NCBI RefSeq assembly: GCF_001194135.2
Contig: NC_068987.1
Span: 89,216,640-89,280,639, forward strand
DNA: 64,000 bases
Origin: Octopus bimaculoides
Lineage: Eukaryota
Reading direction: 5' to 3'
The position numbers and the translations under genes were made by a program. Position 1 is the first letter of the stretch; every line of letters begins with the position of its first letter. The notes under the pieces were generated by a model. The model did no database searches and was not told where the DNA came from. It saw only the letters and a program-made list of their open reading frames with translations. Below, piece after piece: positions 36,901 through 48,700 of this stretch.

Positions 36901-39247
36901 ATCTAAAAATCTGGCTCTTAATTTTCACTAATAACTACAAGCAAACTTCTTCAATACTTCCAGTTATTAACTATGAACAGTTAAAGCTCTGACTAATCTC
37001 ATTCTCTTACAATTGGTTCTAAGTACTTTGGTTTTCATTCTGTATATAATAATCAAACTATTCAAATATATAAGAGCATGTTAACAGACTGTGCATGTAT
37101 CTCTCTCTCTTATCTAGCTGTCTTTGTTATTGTTTCAAACTAAAGAGGGTGAAAACATGTACAACATAGTTTGATTTCTTCAACATTCCAATTTGATTAC
37201 ATTTTTGTAGATTATAATATTGTACTCTTAGGTTAATTAAATAAAATATTTGATAGTTTGTCATAAACCAGAGAATAACACTTTTTCCATAATAAAGGCG
37301 TTATGGTATTTTTGTTACCCAAATTGTTAATAATAGAGCATTGTTAATTTTTAGAATTGGTTCCTTTGTCAGCTTGACTTGCTATTAATATTCTCAAAAT
37401 ATACTTTACCATTTTAGCATAATAAACATGTGCTGCAATCATTTACTACAGTTACAGGAATAATTATCACCAGAATGTTTGTTTTGTTTTTTTTTTTTGT
37501 TACTGCAGTATTAATGTTAATTGGGGTTTTTTATGTTGTTTTTAATATAGATCTCAGTGAAGAGGTGACTTTTTATTATTTTTGATTTTAAGCATATTTT
37601 GTGGTTTTTTTCTTTTTTTTTAAAGGTAGAGCAATTAATAGCCTTACCTGAAGCTGTATTAAAAGGTTTATTACAGAAATTTTTTGATGATGAAGAAAAA
37701 GATGTAGAGAAAATCAAGGATAAGTAAGTATTTGATTACTTGTTAATTAAGTTAAAACAGGTTTAAATGATAAAGGATTTATGTTTTAACGTGCCAGATC
37801 TGACCTTTCACATCTACCTTACAATGTCATTCTAAAAATAATCACATCAAAATCCCAAAGCTATAAAACGATGCATGATTAATTGAAAACAATGTGAATA
37901 AATAAGCATTACATTTGACCGAATAATACAATGAAACTTGTTAATATAATGACTGTTATTTATACATTGTTGAAATAACTTTTTAAAGTTGGAAACCCTT
38001 TACATTATAAAACTATTTGTTATAAATGGGAAAACAATTCATCAGTCAGGGGAAGCCGAAAGCAAGGAAAGTTTTCTTTTGAATGATATTTACAGAACAA
38101 AATATTATAAACTAGTTTTGGAGACTGCCTAGTTAACAAGGTGCTAGTGAAAACTATATTTTGAGGGTTCCAAGTTCAAATTCTCTTGGAACCAACTTAG
38201 CAATCTCCTGCATCATCAGTTTATGTTTTCCATACTTGTATGAGTTGTGATTATAATAAAATTGTCTCAATTCATTCATCAAAAAATATGAGGACACCCT
38301 ATACAAGAAATCAATAAGGAATTACTCTTAAAAGGGTTTTGTTAGGATTGTGGCATAAATGAGTCTTAAAATGTGCAACAACACTAAACACTATTTTGTG
38401 TTTGAAAATTTCTTGTTAAAAATTTCAAGTTTATATTTTGTTTGTTATAAAGCACTCATGGTTGCTCTAAGATGCATCATCTGTGATGTTTCTGAAGGTT
38501 TTAGGGGGTTTTGTGTTGTTCAATATCAGATTCCCTTACCTAGCTGATTATGTCCCAGCTTGCATCCTAATAACAAGAAACCAGTGGTCTACTCTCTTTA
38601 TCCAAAGCTATTTTAACCACCTTTTCTGCAATTTCAGTGATAGAATTCCTCCACCCACCCCNNNNNNNNNNNNNNNNNNNNNNNNNNNNNNNNNNNNNNN
38701 NNNNNNNNNNNNNNNNNNNNNNNNNNNNNNNNNNNNNNNNNNNNNNNNNNNNNNNNNNNNNNNNNNNNNNNNNNNNNNNNNNNNNNNNNNNNNNNNNNNN
38801 NNNNNNNNNNNNNNNNNNNNNNNNNNNNNNNNNNNNNNNNNNNNNNNNNNNNNNNNNNNNNNCAGGGCAGCACTTTATGCCTTTGTTCCAAAATATACAG
38901 TGTGTAGTGTTTGATTAGCTCTCATCATATATTTTAAAGATGATTTGGATATCATTAGGAAAATAGTCTATCTCAACCTTTGCTAGTTGCCTAAGTAGTG
39001 AGACAGCAAATAAGAGAGAGAAAGAAGAGATGATTTTCGCTGTTGTTATGTTTAGGTTTTTCAACAAGAAATATCTATTGAGCTCTTCTGAACAAGTGAT
39101 GCTAAGATTATCCTACAATGTCTGTTTCAATTGCTGTAATGGAAACCTTTCTGTAATTTACTTTTCTTTATTTCTTCTAGGTACATAAAGGCACGGACTG
39201 TGATAAAAAATTATCTAGCTGATATCAAACCCGTTTCTGAACTATAA
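11176..39247 (+). CDS. RASSF2: Ras association domain family protein, RASSF2/4/6 type (N-terminal conserved block, RA domain, C-terminal SARAH coiled coil); 5' partial
   Basis: Hand-spliced exons 11176-11251, 19014-19187, 29114-29296, 31515-31616, 34593-34644, 34873-35042, 37626-37723 and 39181-39247. All introns are GT-AG with matching phases, giving about 307 aa: QDILEKFQLYNAFYEG...VLEGPLRIYW...KRASINGHIYNYD|TRVFTPVIGSCTSVTVNSTMTVPLVIKTLLEKFK|VENDADEFSLY...|VEQLIALPEAVLKGLLQKFFDDEEKDVEKIKDK|YIKARTVIKNYL. The blocks match recalled vertebrate RASSF2/4 motifs (YNLYYEG, EGLLNISW, SINGHFYN, TSVFTP, FKIEN..EFALY, SARAH). Assignment among RASSF2/4/6 is not resolvable; this is probably a co-ortholog. 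The first coding exon (about 15-20 aa, phase-2 donor) was not identified. Confidence 0.93.
11610..11972. mobile_element. hAT-type MITE
   Basis: Ends CAGGCATGTGC... and ...GCACGTCCCTG; 8-bp TSD gtgcaata / gtgcaatg (11602-11609, 11973-11980); splits a family B SINE. Confidence 0.7.
13162..13666. other. Assembly gap (N run)
   Basis: N run. Other gaps lie at about 20905-21224, 22843-22852, 24986-24995, 31097-31479, 33760-33849, 36155-36291, 38662-38862, 41870-42054, 56019-56623 and 59475-59574. Confidence 0.99.
13708..14020 (-). mobile_element. Short interspersed repeat family C with (GAT)n tail, probably RTE-mobilised
   Basis: catcatcatcgtttaacgtccgctttccatgctagcatgggttg...ggatgcccttcctaacgccaaccac. 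The RTE link is inferred from the short tandem tail. Confidence 0.75.
15346..15590. mobile_element. Palindromic non-autonomous element with two inverted minimal hammerhead ribozyme motifs, embedded in (TA)n
   Basis: 79-bp inverted arms 15348-15426 and 15434-15512 with 5 mismatches. Each arm reads ACTGT-CTGATGA-stem-GAAA-CTC.GAG-TA-ACAGT (right arm CCGATGA). (TA)n lies on both sides. Confidence 0.75.
16700..16925 (+). mobile_element. tRNA-derived SINE family D
   Basis: ...CA(C/T)TCATGAT...TTCAATTCC...GCATTGTGTTC(C/T)TGAGCAAAACACTT...TTCACTCAGCTG shared with about 10325-10610 and 16135-16250. Confidence 0.65.
17995..18430 (-). mobile_element. Degenerate RTE-like LINE RT C-terminal fragment
   Basis: Minus-strand translation with frameshifts gives KSTVEVNRKLDAFHQKHLR...HVTNEDIQKKANTRQLSKIITE*KLRLVGH. 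Confidence 0.6.
18193..18294. repeat. Exact 51-bp tandem duplication
   Basis: Units 18193-18243 and 18244-18294 are identical. Confidence 0.95.
19014..19187 (+). CDS. RASSF2: RASSF2/4-like exon (VNGVDVLEGPLRIYWQ...AEEPQ)
   Basis: attatttcag acceptor, CAG|GTAAGC donor, 174 nt, phase 0/0; EG.L.I.W motif. Confidence 0.92.
20275..20875 (+). mobile_element. Three tandem SINE family B copies separated by (ATT)n tails
   Basis: Core/tail repeated at about 20275-20420, 20435-20645 and 20670-20875. Confidence 0.75.
23685..24003 (-). mobile_element. Family E SINE with duplicated and inverted head
   Basis: Reverse complement of 49086-49344, followed by a tandem head repeat (about 23939-23967) and an inverted head (23971-24003). 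Confidence 0.85.
24109..24243 (+). CDS. Candidate acidic cassette exon of the RASSF gene (LFGLFDDIYDDNDEDYDDDDFSDSK...EYDFEYE)
   Basis: Strong acceptor (ctccttttcttttcag), 135 nt, phase 0/0, open in the gene's frame; donor GAG|GTACCC is weak; no homology recognised. Confidence 0.45.
24776..25165 (+). mobile_element. SINE family A, full length (internal N gap)
   Basis: Same consensus. Confidence 0.85.
25944..26189. mobile_element. Foldback (fully palindromic) MITE-like element
   Basis: gtagccacttcaacatggccgttcca... / ...tggaacagccatgttgaagtgactac; pairing continues to the centre at about 26070. Confidence 0.7.
27270..27585. mobile_element. MITE-like element with long inverted arms
   Basis: About 115-bp arms (agcatactctaaataatgttag...cagacactggtg / caccagtgtctg...ctaacattattcagagtatgct) with a spacer of about 85 bp. 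Confidence 0.7.
28403..28685 (+). mobile_element. Repeat family C
   Basis: Consensus match ending ...GGACGTTAAACGATGATG. Confidence 0.75.
29114..29296 (+). CDS. RASSF2: RASSF2/4-like exon (AEQSPPPT...KRASINGHIYNYD)
   Basis: tttgtacag acceptor, GAT|GTGAGA donor, 183 nt; SINGH motif. Confidence 0.93.
30102..30442 (-). mobile_element. SINE family A, diverged
   Basis: Tail at about 30102-30240 and head at about 30285-30442. Further partial copies lie at about 555-770, 3934-4075, 9137-9412, 41397-41540, 44445-44575, 52545-52680 and 61425-61607. Confidence 0.7.
31515..31616 (+). CDS. RASSF2: RASSF2/4-like exon, RA domain N-part (TRVFTP...LLEKFK)
   Basis: tttctactag acceptor, AAG|GTTAGT donor, 102 nt. 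Confidence 0.93.
33880..34320 (+). mobile_element. Two tandem family C copies
   Basis: Tail-only copy at about 33880-34004 followed by a longer copy ending at 34320. Confidence 0.75.
34593..34644 (+). CDS. RASSF2: RASSF2/4-like exon, RA domain (VENDADEFSLYVVTEAE)
   Basis: cttttatag acceptor, G|GTGAGT donor, 52 nt, phase 0/1. Confidence 0.92.
34873..35042 (+). CDS. RASSF2: RASSF2/4-like exon, RA domain C-part and linker (GEREIGIDEIPLEVRLRLG...CYLPTE)
   Basis: ctttccatag acceptor, GAA|GTAAGT donor, 170 nt, phase 1/0. Confidence 0.92.
37626..37723 (+). CDS. RASSF2: RASSF2/4-like exon, SARAH domain
   Basis: ttttttaaag acceptor, AA|GTAAGT donor, 98 nt, phase 0/2; L..LLQKF..DEE pattern. Confidence 0.9.
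39181..39247 (+). CDS. RASSF2: RASSF2/4-like last coding exon (YIKARTVIKNYLADIKPVSEL*)
   Basis: tttcttctag acceptor, phase 2 in, completes SARAH K|Y, TAA at 39245-39247. Confidence 0.85.
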
Positions 39248-40724
39248 AACCTCTTGTTTTGTCTTCCTGTGGCTGTTACAAAGAAATGCCCCATGCATCT
39301 ATCTTTTGGTCATTTCTCACATCTACCATAACATCCAGTGCTGACTCAGGCAAAGCAATGTCTTGTTCAAGACATTGCCTAAACAATAATTGGTTGTGAA
39401 ATCTATATTAAAAAGATGCAGCAGCTGCAACTAATTGCAATCTCCTGTTAAAAAAAGACAACAAATGACTGTGATCAAGGTAAAATATTCACAAGGTATC
39501 CATTAAGATCCAAGCCTCTTAAATCTCTGCCTTATTACATAAAAAATCCAAACTTCAATTAGGAGCAGTAAATAAGGTAGACTTGTTGAAGGTAAACTGC
39601 TGAGATGTTTGTCTATAAAAACATTTATGTTAAAGAACTCATTAGAGCATTGACTCATTGACTTAATTAATTGCTCACTGAAATGAAATTTGTCTTGATT
39701 TGCTGAAAATTTTCAATTACATTTTCATTTCATTATAAAGCACATCATCTCAATATTCTACACACAAGTGACATAGATATCCAATATCTATCATATTATT
39801 CAATATTTAAAAAAAAAACAATTTCTTTTTCTCTTGCACAATCATAACAAACAGAATGGGCCAGGTTTCTTCCCATCATTAACATCTCACACAGCCTTTT
39901 CTCATTTTTAAAGAGAAAGTGTTCCTTAGGCAAATATAAAATTCAAATGCCAATAAAATTCAGTATTTCAAACAGATGAATAACATAACACAATGCCTCT
40001 GTCTCTTGTTCATAATACTAGCACTTATTTCTTGGAAAACCACCCTATCCTTCTGAACAGTGTTTCTTTTGACCTACACCTCTAAGCTCAAACCTCAAAT
40101 CACATCATATTTCTGAAGTCAACAATTTTTTCTCCACTAACCATAATCTGTTTTTTTGTTTTTTTAAATAACTCTAACATATTTGAACTGCTAATAGTGA
40201 AATTGGTCTTATTCTACATTGGACTGTGTCGACTATCTGAGCCCAAACACTCTAGGAATATAACTCATTTTAATGGATTACAATGAAATTCAAGAGGTTT
40301 ACCTTGTTCTCTGAGGCAAAGGATTCAAAGGGACTGCAACCCCCACTACCCCCCAAAAAACTGATCTTTTTTTTTCATCTGGCTGGGAGAAATATTTTGT
40401 TGAACTAATCTATCAGCCGACCATCTTTAAAAAAAAAAACTTTTTAAATGACAATATCAAATCCCTCCCTAAAATAAATGTAGAAATCCAGTCATGAGTT
40501 GTTTTTCTAATACATTTATTTTTTTTTATTTTTTTTTTTTGCTGTATCTAAGTACTTCTCTCATCATCTTTGTTTAAATATTCATTTCTCTATGCTTGCA
40601 TGTGTTGGATGCAGTTTATTGGGGCTGATTTTCTACGGCAAGATACCTTTCCATGTAAGGTTATATTTCTCCATACCCAAACATCATCTCACAGGATACT
40701 GGAAATAATTGACACTTACTCTTT

Positions 40725-40913
40725 TACTTGTTTCAGTCATTTGACTGTGGCCATGCTGGAGCACTGCCTTTATAGTCGAGCAAATCGACCCCAGAGCTTA
40801 TTCTTTGTAAGCCTAGTACTTATTCTATTGGTCTCTTTTACCGAACCGCTAAGTTACGGGGATGCAAACACACCAGCATCGGTTGTCAAGCAATGCTGGG
40901 GGTACAAACATAT

Positions 40914-40956
<43 letters not shown>

Positions 40957-41120
40957 TACGACAGGCTTTTTCCAGTTTACATCTACCAAATCTACTCACA
41001 AGGTTTTGGTCGACCCGAGGCTATAGTAGAAGACACTTGCCCAAGGTGCCACGCAGTGGGACTGAACACGGGACGATGTAGTTGGTAAGCAAGCTACTTA
41101 CCACACAGCCACTCCTGCAC
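40725..41120 (-). mobile_element. SINE family A, full length
   Basis: Reverse complement of the consensus. Confidence 0.85.
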
Positions 41121-41149
41121 CTATTGTTCACTATTGTTAGCATCGTGTA

Positions 41150-41362
41150 AAATGGTGGCAGGATCGTTAGCATGCCAGGCGAAATGCTTAGCGGTATTTT
41201 GTCTGTTGTTACATTCTGAGTTCAAATTCTACTGGCGTCGACTTTGCCTTTCTTCCTTTCGGGGTCGATTAAATAAGTACCAGTTACGCACTGAGGTCGA
41301 TGTAATCGATTTAATCCCTTCCCCAAATTTGAGGCCTTGTCCTTTCCAGTAGAAAGGATTAT
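41150..41362 (+). mobile_element. SINE family B
   Basis: Consensus match, back-to-back with the family A copy at 40725-41120. Confidence 0.8.
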
Positions 41363-44300
41363 CATGTAATGTCAAGACAAGGAGACACAAACTTATACAC
41401 TGGATTTCTTTCAGTTTCCTTCTACCAGTTCCCCTTGCAAGGCTATGATAGAAGGCACTTGCTCAAGGTGCCATGCAATGGGAGTGAACCCAGAACCATA
41501 TGGTTGAGAAACAAGCTTCTTACCACACAGCCATGCCTGCACTTTTTTTTGTTTTTTAGGTTTGTTATGCTCAGTCAGAGAGTAACCATTGGTTTCACAC
41601 CTGTAAAGTGCTTAATTCCAGAAAACTACAGGCAAAGCTTTGGGTGAGACAGGGTTATCCCCTTAGACCGGTATCTAAGATATCTGTGGCCTGGTAGTGT
41701 TTCTCTAGTTGGAAATTACTGTTTTTAATGTAGTCTTTTCGTCCACTACAGATAGTTTGCAAAGAATTCTATAGAATTAGAAAATAACTTAGGTAAAACA
41801 GTCAAAGAAAGGGAAATATTTTATTGAACTGAAAAAGGGATACAAAATGACATTTGTTCATCAAAAAAANNNNNNNNNNNNNNNNNNNNNNNNNNNNNNN
41901 NNNNNNNNNNNNNNNNNNNNNNNNNNNNNNNNNNNNNNNNNNNNNNNNNNNNNNNNNNNNNNNNNNNNNNNNNNNNNNNNNNNNNNNNNNNNNNNNNNNN
42001 NNNNNNNNNNNNNNNNNNNNNNNNNNNNNNNNNNNNNNNNNNNNNNNNNNNNNNTTTTTTTTTTTTTTTTTTGATAAAACTTTGATTGTAAAAAACATAA
42101 TTTCATTCATTTCCTGCTCTAAAACAAAATGAAGGAAAAAAAAATTTGTTTTTAATGATATATCCCAGTTTATTACTGATCTGGGATAACACAGTACGCT
42201 GAATTGTGAACCATGTTTTATGAATTGATCTGCGAAATCGAGGGGTCAGTGATCAAAGATTCTGCTTTGACCACAAAAGCACACCCCAGTAATCACTCAC
42301 AATGCTCAAGATGACTTGATCTCTTGCAACAAAACCTATTTCCTGTCCTCATGTCTTCTCTTATTTATATAACCTGTAACATCCACTTTCCATGCTGACA
42401 TGGGTTGGACGGTTCGACAGGAGCCAGACCAAGCTTTGCCTGTTTTGGCATGGTTTTCTATGGCTGGATGTCCTTTCTAATACCAACCACTCTACAGAGT
42501 GTACTGGGTGCTTTTTTTTTTTTTTTTTTTTTTTTGCATGGCACCGGCACCGAGAAGGTCCCTGAACTGGGAGTGCCAGTTGGTAAGAGATCAGAGAGAC
42601 ATGAATAAGGGTCTTGCTGTAGAGTACATGAATACTCCAGTTGAAAAAAGGTGAGAGAGTAAAATAAAGAGGTGTATCAAAGAGGAAAACAATAGTGAGA
42701 GAGGGTGGTGTAGGTCTTCAAATTGTAAAAAGCAAATGGAATCCAAATTTAACTTGACCAGTTTCTTGTTTTCAACTGATTGAACCACATATTTATAGAT
42801 AAATATTTCAAGAGAAGGCTAGAGACATTTTGGCCCTGCCATTTTTGGCATCGTTTTAGTGTTTCTTTTATTCTCTCTCTGAAAATCTGTTTATGTTTGT
42901 GTAATGTCTCGCTTTACCTGTATATTTCTGCAAGTGAGTATGTTTGCCTTCCAGCACCAAAGCAGGTTGAATGTCCAGTGAGCCATGATGCCAAACTGTC
43001 ATTGTCTAAACAGCAATGCCCTATTGTCTCACTCCACAAAGTGAAAGTAAGTGTTGGAAAGGTTCCCCTTCCAAATAATGCTGTTGTATAGACGCAAGAC
43101 CAGCAAAGAAAGTAAAGTGAATTGTATTGATAGTATTTGAGTTGGCACTTAAGGAAAAGTTAACACTGGTAAGGAGTCTGAACCCAGAATATAAGCTGTA
43201 ACAAAGTGCCACAAACTATTCTTAGTGTGATGCTCTACCAATTCTGCCAAGCCACAACCCTTCATTATAATGTTAACAGGAAGTAATGAATGAGAAAATG
43301 TCATAAGCAGTAATCTGACATTGTTAATAATAAATGTTATAAAATTAGAAAAATCATGCAGTAACAACAAATTTCACAGCCACTTTCTTTTTTTTCTTTT
43401 TTTAATGAACACTTAACAGAAATAATTAGAAATCTGACAAAGCCATAGATTTTGATCAAATAATGTAAAATATTACATAGCAATGAATGGTCCCTTATAA
43501 AATGTTCAGTATAAAACCGTCGGGTAATTTTATATATTGTGAATGAATAGTATTGTCGATAAAGTACGGTATTTGATGGCTTAAAAAATCCCCCTGCATT
43601 TAATGCATTCAATGTGGGCTCAAAACTCTCAACTGTTGGCCGAAAGTGGTAATTTATTTTACAAAAGTGTAGCCTAGGTGCGTCCTATGTACTTGTGTGT
43701 TTTCTATGCCATCAAATATGGTAATTGTCACACTTTTTATCCACATAAAGAAATACATTGCTAAACACTAAATCTTAACAATGTAAAGAAGAGCCGTGAA
43801 GGCAAGGGAAATCGTAGTTGTGGCTGATGCTGGTGTCACATAAAAAGCTCCTTTCGAGTGTTGGGCCTCGTGGAGGCAATGACCAAAATCTTTGGCATAA
43901 AGTTGTGCTTGAGAAGGAGACCCATCAAACCAAGTAAAATCGCCATTGTGGCAGATACCAGTGTCACACAAATGGCACCCGTTACTGAGCATTAGGAAGG
44001 GCATCCAGCCATATAACCATGCCTAATCAGACTGGAATCTAGTGGAACCTTTCAGCCTTGGTCAAACTGTCCAACCCATGCCAGCATGGACAATGGACAT
44101 TAAATGATGATTATGTAAAGACATCACATTTCATTAACAATGGAAATCTAATTCAAAGATACCATTGTTTCTTCCTTCCTCCAATTAAAAATAATCTTAT
44201 AACGAAATTATGATGATGATCATCATTTTAACATCCACTTTCTTCTGCTTGCATGGCTTCAACAGATGTTCATTGAGGCAGATTTTTCTGTGGTCAGATA

Positions 44301-45292
44301 CTCTTCCTGTTAAGCAAGGTCACACTTGCCCCATGCTCAGACTTAGATTCACAGAATATTTCAAATGCATGGCAGTGTCCCTTATTCACAACAATTACCC
44401 ATGTCAAGACAAAGATGGATGAACAGATGCACATGTGACAGGCTTCTTTCAGTTTCTGTCTACTCAATCCACTCAAAGGGCTTTCATCAGCCCCAGGGCT
44501 ATAGTAGAAGACACTTGCCCAAGGTGCCTCACGGTGGGACTGAACTTAAAACCACGTCTTAACCACATAACCATTCCTGGGGGACTTATGAGCAATTCCA
44601 CAAATAATTCAATATTTTCTGATTTCGTTAATTATTGATGATGTATTGAATCCTTCTCACTGCACGACATTATTTCTTTGATTCAGAATTACTGGAGACT
44701 GTTAAATTATTTACTTCATGTCTTGTTCTTTTTGTAAGATTTCTAAAATATTTTCAGAGCATAAAACACTTTGTTTCCATGTTTTACAATACATTTACTC
44801 AGTGGATAGAAAAAGACAAAAAAACGACGACAGATTTGTCTTGTAAATGTTGGCTCACAATGTAATTATCACTTTGTGATGAATTTACAGCAAACTCTAA
44901 CAGCTCCACCTTCACGAGGTGAAGCAGTGAAGCAGTTTGCTAAAAACGAAGCTTCTTTATGACTTATCTCTTCCCATCATCTCAATTGTTATTCTCAATG
45001 ATGAAGTGGACCTTCTCAAAAGTAAAACATTTTCAGTGTATTCGAAGCACAGTTTAATGAACTGATCCATCCTCCACTCTGGTATTTTGTTGTTACTTTT
45101 GATCTAAAGATTCAGGTAGCTTATTTTATATTATTTATTATATACCATGTCTGAAAGTGTTAAAAGCTGTGGAAAAATAAAAAGCAGTAAATGAGACAGT
45201 CAACAGCAATGGACGCATCAACCTGTTTGTATCTATTGCTGTGTTGGAACAGAGCTGACTTGCTGGAGTTGATATTTTAGTAATTAACAATT

Positions 45293-45708
45293 TTATAACT
45301 CTGTAAGTAGCCTTTTTAAATAGTTAATTAAACTGTCCAATCCAATTAAATAATTATTGTCCCTTTCACATGTTGTATACACATGACCGAAATCAATCAT
45401 CTTCACTTTGACACAAGAATCTTTTTTTCCATATGAACTCTGCAAAAGATCTTCGAGATTTGTCGTTGCACAGCAATCACCTTTGTTCTTGTTTACAACA
45501 GAATGATTTGATGGAAGTAAGCGGGACACTGCTGCTAAATGCTGCTTACAAGGCCAAAGGCCTTCATAAATGCACAGTATGGAAGAGGAATAAAATGCAA
45601 ATTTTCGTTGATTTTCAAACCAGTTTTTGATGTCGATGAGCTCAAGTAAGATTGCAAAGACGGCATCTTTGCGTAAACTTTCAGACAAATTAAAATATTC
45701 ACCAATAC
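45293..45708 (-). CDS. IPMK: IPMK last coding exon (GIGEYF...SSSIL...MIDFGH...LLTEL*)
   Basis: ctctgtctag acceptor, phase 1, SSLL-like and IDF motifs, stop at 45295-45293. Confidence 0.95.
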
Positions 45709-48700
45709 CTAGACAGAGAAAAAAAAAACAATAAAAATGTAGATTCCAATTTGGAAAAACTGCACAATGATATTTTTTTGTTAAATTTCTCAATATTTGG
45801 CAATAGAAAATTGAACCGATTTTCAGTTACTTGGGGAGATATCTTTTACTTGTGGCCATGCTGGAGCAATAGTAGAAAACATTTGTCCAAGACGCCACAC
45901 ACAATGGGACAGAATCTGAGACCATTTAGTTGGGAATTAAGTGACAAACAAGTAAAAGATAACAAAATGTCTAGGATTCAAAATTTTCAGCAATTGTCTG
46001 CTTTAGAAAATATTTAAAGATAAAATACAATAATAGACAAACCTTCTTCTAAAATTTGAAACCGGTCAAGTTGCAGAAGCTTCTTTCGACAGGCGAAATG
46101 AAAGGTATCAGTTGAAGGACGATATACCTGTAACACAATTTACAACAGAAATATATTAAATTCTACTACATTTTTATTTCCATTTATATTCTAAGAATAT
46201 TGTTACTTCTATAACCATTTCTTTAAATAGTTAAAAGAAAGTATGTTTACTCTTTTACTTGTTTCAGTCATTTGACTGTGGCCATGCTGGAGCACTGCCT
46301 TTAGTCAAGAAAATCGACCCCAGGACTTATTCTTTGTAAGCCTAGAACTTGTTCTATCAGTCTTTCTTGCTGAACTGCTAAGTTACAGGGATATGAACAC
46401 ACCAACATCGCTTGACAACCGATGTTGGGGGGACAAACACACAAACATACATATATATATATATATGTACGACGGGCTTCTTTCAGTTTCCATCTACCAA
46501 ATCCACTCACAAGGCTTTGGTCAGCCCGAGGCTATAGTAGCAGACACATGCCCAGGGTGCCATGCAGTGGGACGGAACCCGGAACCATGTGGTTGGTAAG
46601 CAAGCTACTTTATTTCATTCAATTTGCCATGAGGGCAGTACACAGAGGAGTAGCTGCAGGCTGGACAAACACATTAACGAGATGAGATGAATGATGAGTA
46701 AGATGGTATTAAAGGGAGAAGACAGAAGCCGCCCGCCAAACTTTGCTTCTCTAAAACATTGTTCTTTTATAAATTTATACATAAATTTACAAATTGAGGC
46801 TGTAAACCTCTTACTTTACAATTTCAATTTATCATGTCTTTGAAATGAGGCACTTGCCTCTTACAATATTCTTTTAATGGGTCACATTCCCTTTGAATAT
46901 GAGGCACTCATCCTCTTACATTTTACCGCCCGACCAGACTCCGTGCTGCACTCGAGCACCTCGTTGGTTCTTCATCGGGCCACTTCAGTAAGTAGTGGAA
47001 TGCGTCTTTGGGGAAGAAATTCATCACTCTGCACAAGTCTGTTTCCCACAACCTCCGCAGTCACCTGCGGAGGCCAACCAGGGTCCTTGGTACAGGTGAT
47101 GATCTCTCTCCGCCAACCCTTCCTGGTAAACTTTTTAACAATATTTTCAATGGCCCCTCCCTTGTGGAAAAGGACTACAAATTCCTCCTCCTCATAGAGC
47201 GAGGCCTCAGTTTCTACTGTCGGCAGCACAATTCCCACCAACGGAGTGTCAGGACACGCTGGCATTACACTATCAGGCTCCAGCCATGTCCCATTCTTTT
47301 TCTTCTTTTTGGGGGGTCACTGGAATAGGACGCACTTCCACCTTAGCCAGAAGGTCCTCCTCCTCCCCCGCAACTTTCGGTGAGCAACCATTGTTGCCCA
47401 CCTTCTTTCTTTTCTTCCCTTTCTTTGAGGAGGTTTCCACTTCCTCCATCTCTCCCTCCACTGGGGGAGCAGGGGGAACAACATTTATTAACTGTTCCAG
47501 GACCTTACTCTGGTCCTGGGGGCAGTCTTTCTTAATGTGGCCAGGCTCCAGACACAGGTGACACTTGGGAGGGTGTCCCTCAACTATCACCGGATACCTG
47601 TGCCCAGCCATCCTTAAAAAATCTGGGAAAATCAGATCTTTGGCTGATTGGGTCCACAGGGTCAAAACCACTTTTGATCCAACACAATCGGCTGTAGGTA
47701 AAATTTTCACGTTTAGGAGCTTGGCTCCACTGCCACCCAGACCCCGTCGTTTAGTATCCTCTATCCAATCAGGTACTATGCCGGGTGGCAGCCCACAGAC
47801 CCAAGCTCTAGCTAATTTCTTTCAACAGTATGTGGGAAGAAACAGAATTTTTTGCGAGCCACCTCAGGGGTGTCAAATAGCAACTAAACCGTTGTGTACT
47901 TGACACCCCTTGCCATAAACTTAATAGTTGGCAGATATTCTGCCAACTCTTTTTCAATGTCAATTTTGGGAAAGACCGTAATGGTGTCGAGTAACCTAGA
48001 GTAGGTCCGCAACACCACCGTTTTTTCCCTGAAATCATTTAACCACTTTTTGGGTGGGACAATCTCCCACTCCACAGCAGTGGCCTTATTTTTCTTTATA
48101 TTCTCTGCCATGAGAAAAATGTCCACATGAGAATAAATACAACGAAAAATTTTAAACACAGGCAAAAAGAGAAAACAGTTAAAAAAAGCGGAAGAAATAA
48201 AATTAATAGTTCGTACTAAAATAAGTCCATAAAAGAAAGAGAAAGGAAAGACAACAGTTCAGAAAGAATAAATAAAAATATACAGTTCCAAGCAGAATAA
48301 GAATTTTCAGGCCACAACGGTACTCCGGCCCGATTTGATCCCAGCTCCGCTGCAGTCGTCACTTTGATGGTAAAATCCAATCCTTTGCACGTGGTGAAAT
48401 TCAAAGCAAGAGGAAGACTTTTTCTTCAAATTAGTAGTTTTCAAAACTCGGTTTGAAAACAACCAATTTTTGCAAACAAAGTTCACAATTTTTGGAGGAG
48501 GGATATGCCCCCAAAACACACTCCTCACCGCTAAGTGAGACTTTAAGCACAGCCACAAGCAGACAAATGCATGGAACTCAGTGGAGATTTCTTGTTCGAC
48601 AAAAAATAAATAAACACGAGCAACAAACCCCCACTAAATCCAAAAAACACAAACATCTTACCTGTAGTTGTGCTTCAATAATTCACGACGCTGGTATACA

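Noticed and set aside
34713-37965. Identical 36-bp sequence at about 34713 and 37927, each downstream of a RASSF exon
   Set aside because: It is most simply fragments of one dispersed repeat, and there is no evidence for a splicing element.
39247-45293. Functional link or 3' overlap between the convergent RASSF and IPMK genes
   Set aside because: The stops are 6 kb apart with repeats and a gap between them, and candidate AATAAA signals lie close to each stop (about 39952 +, about 45139 -). Nothing indicates overlap.
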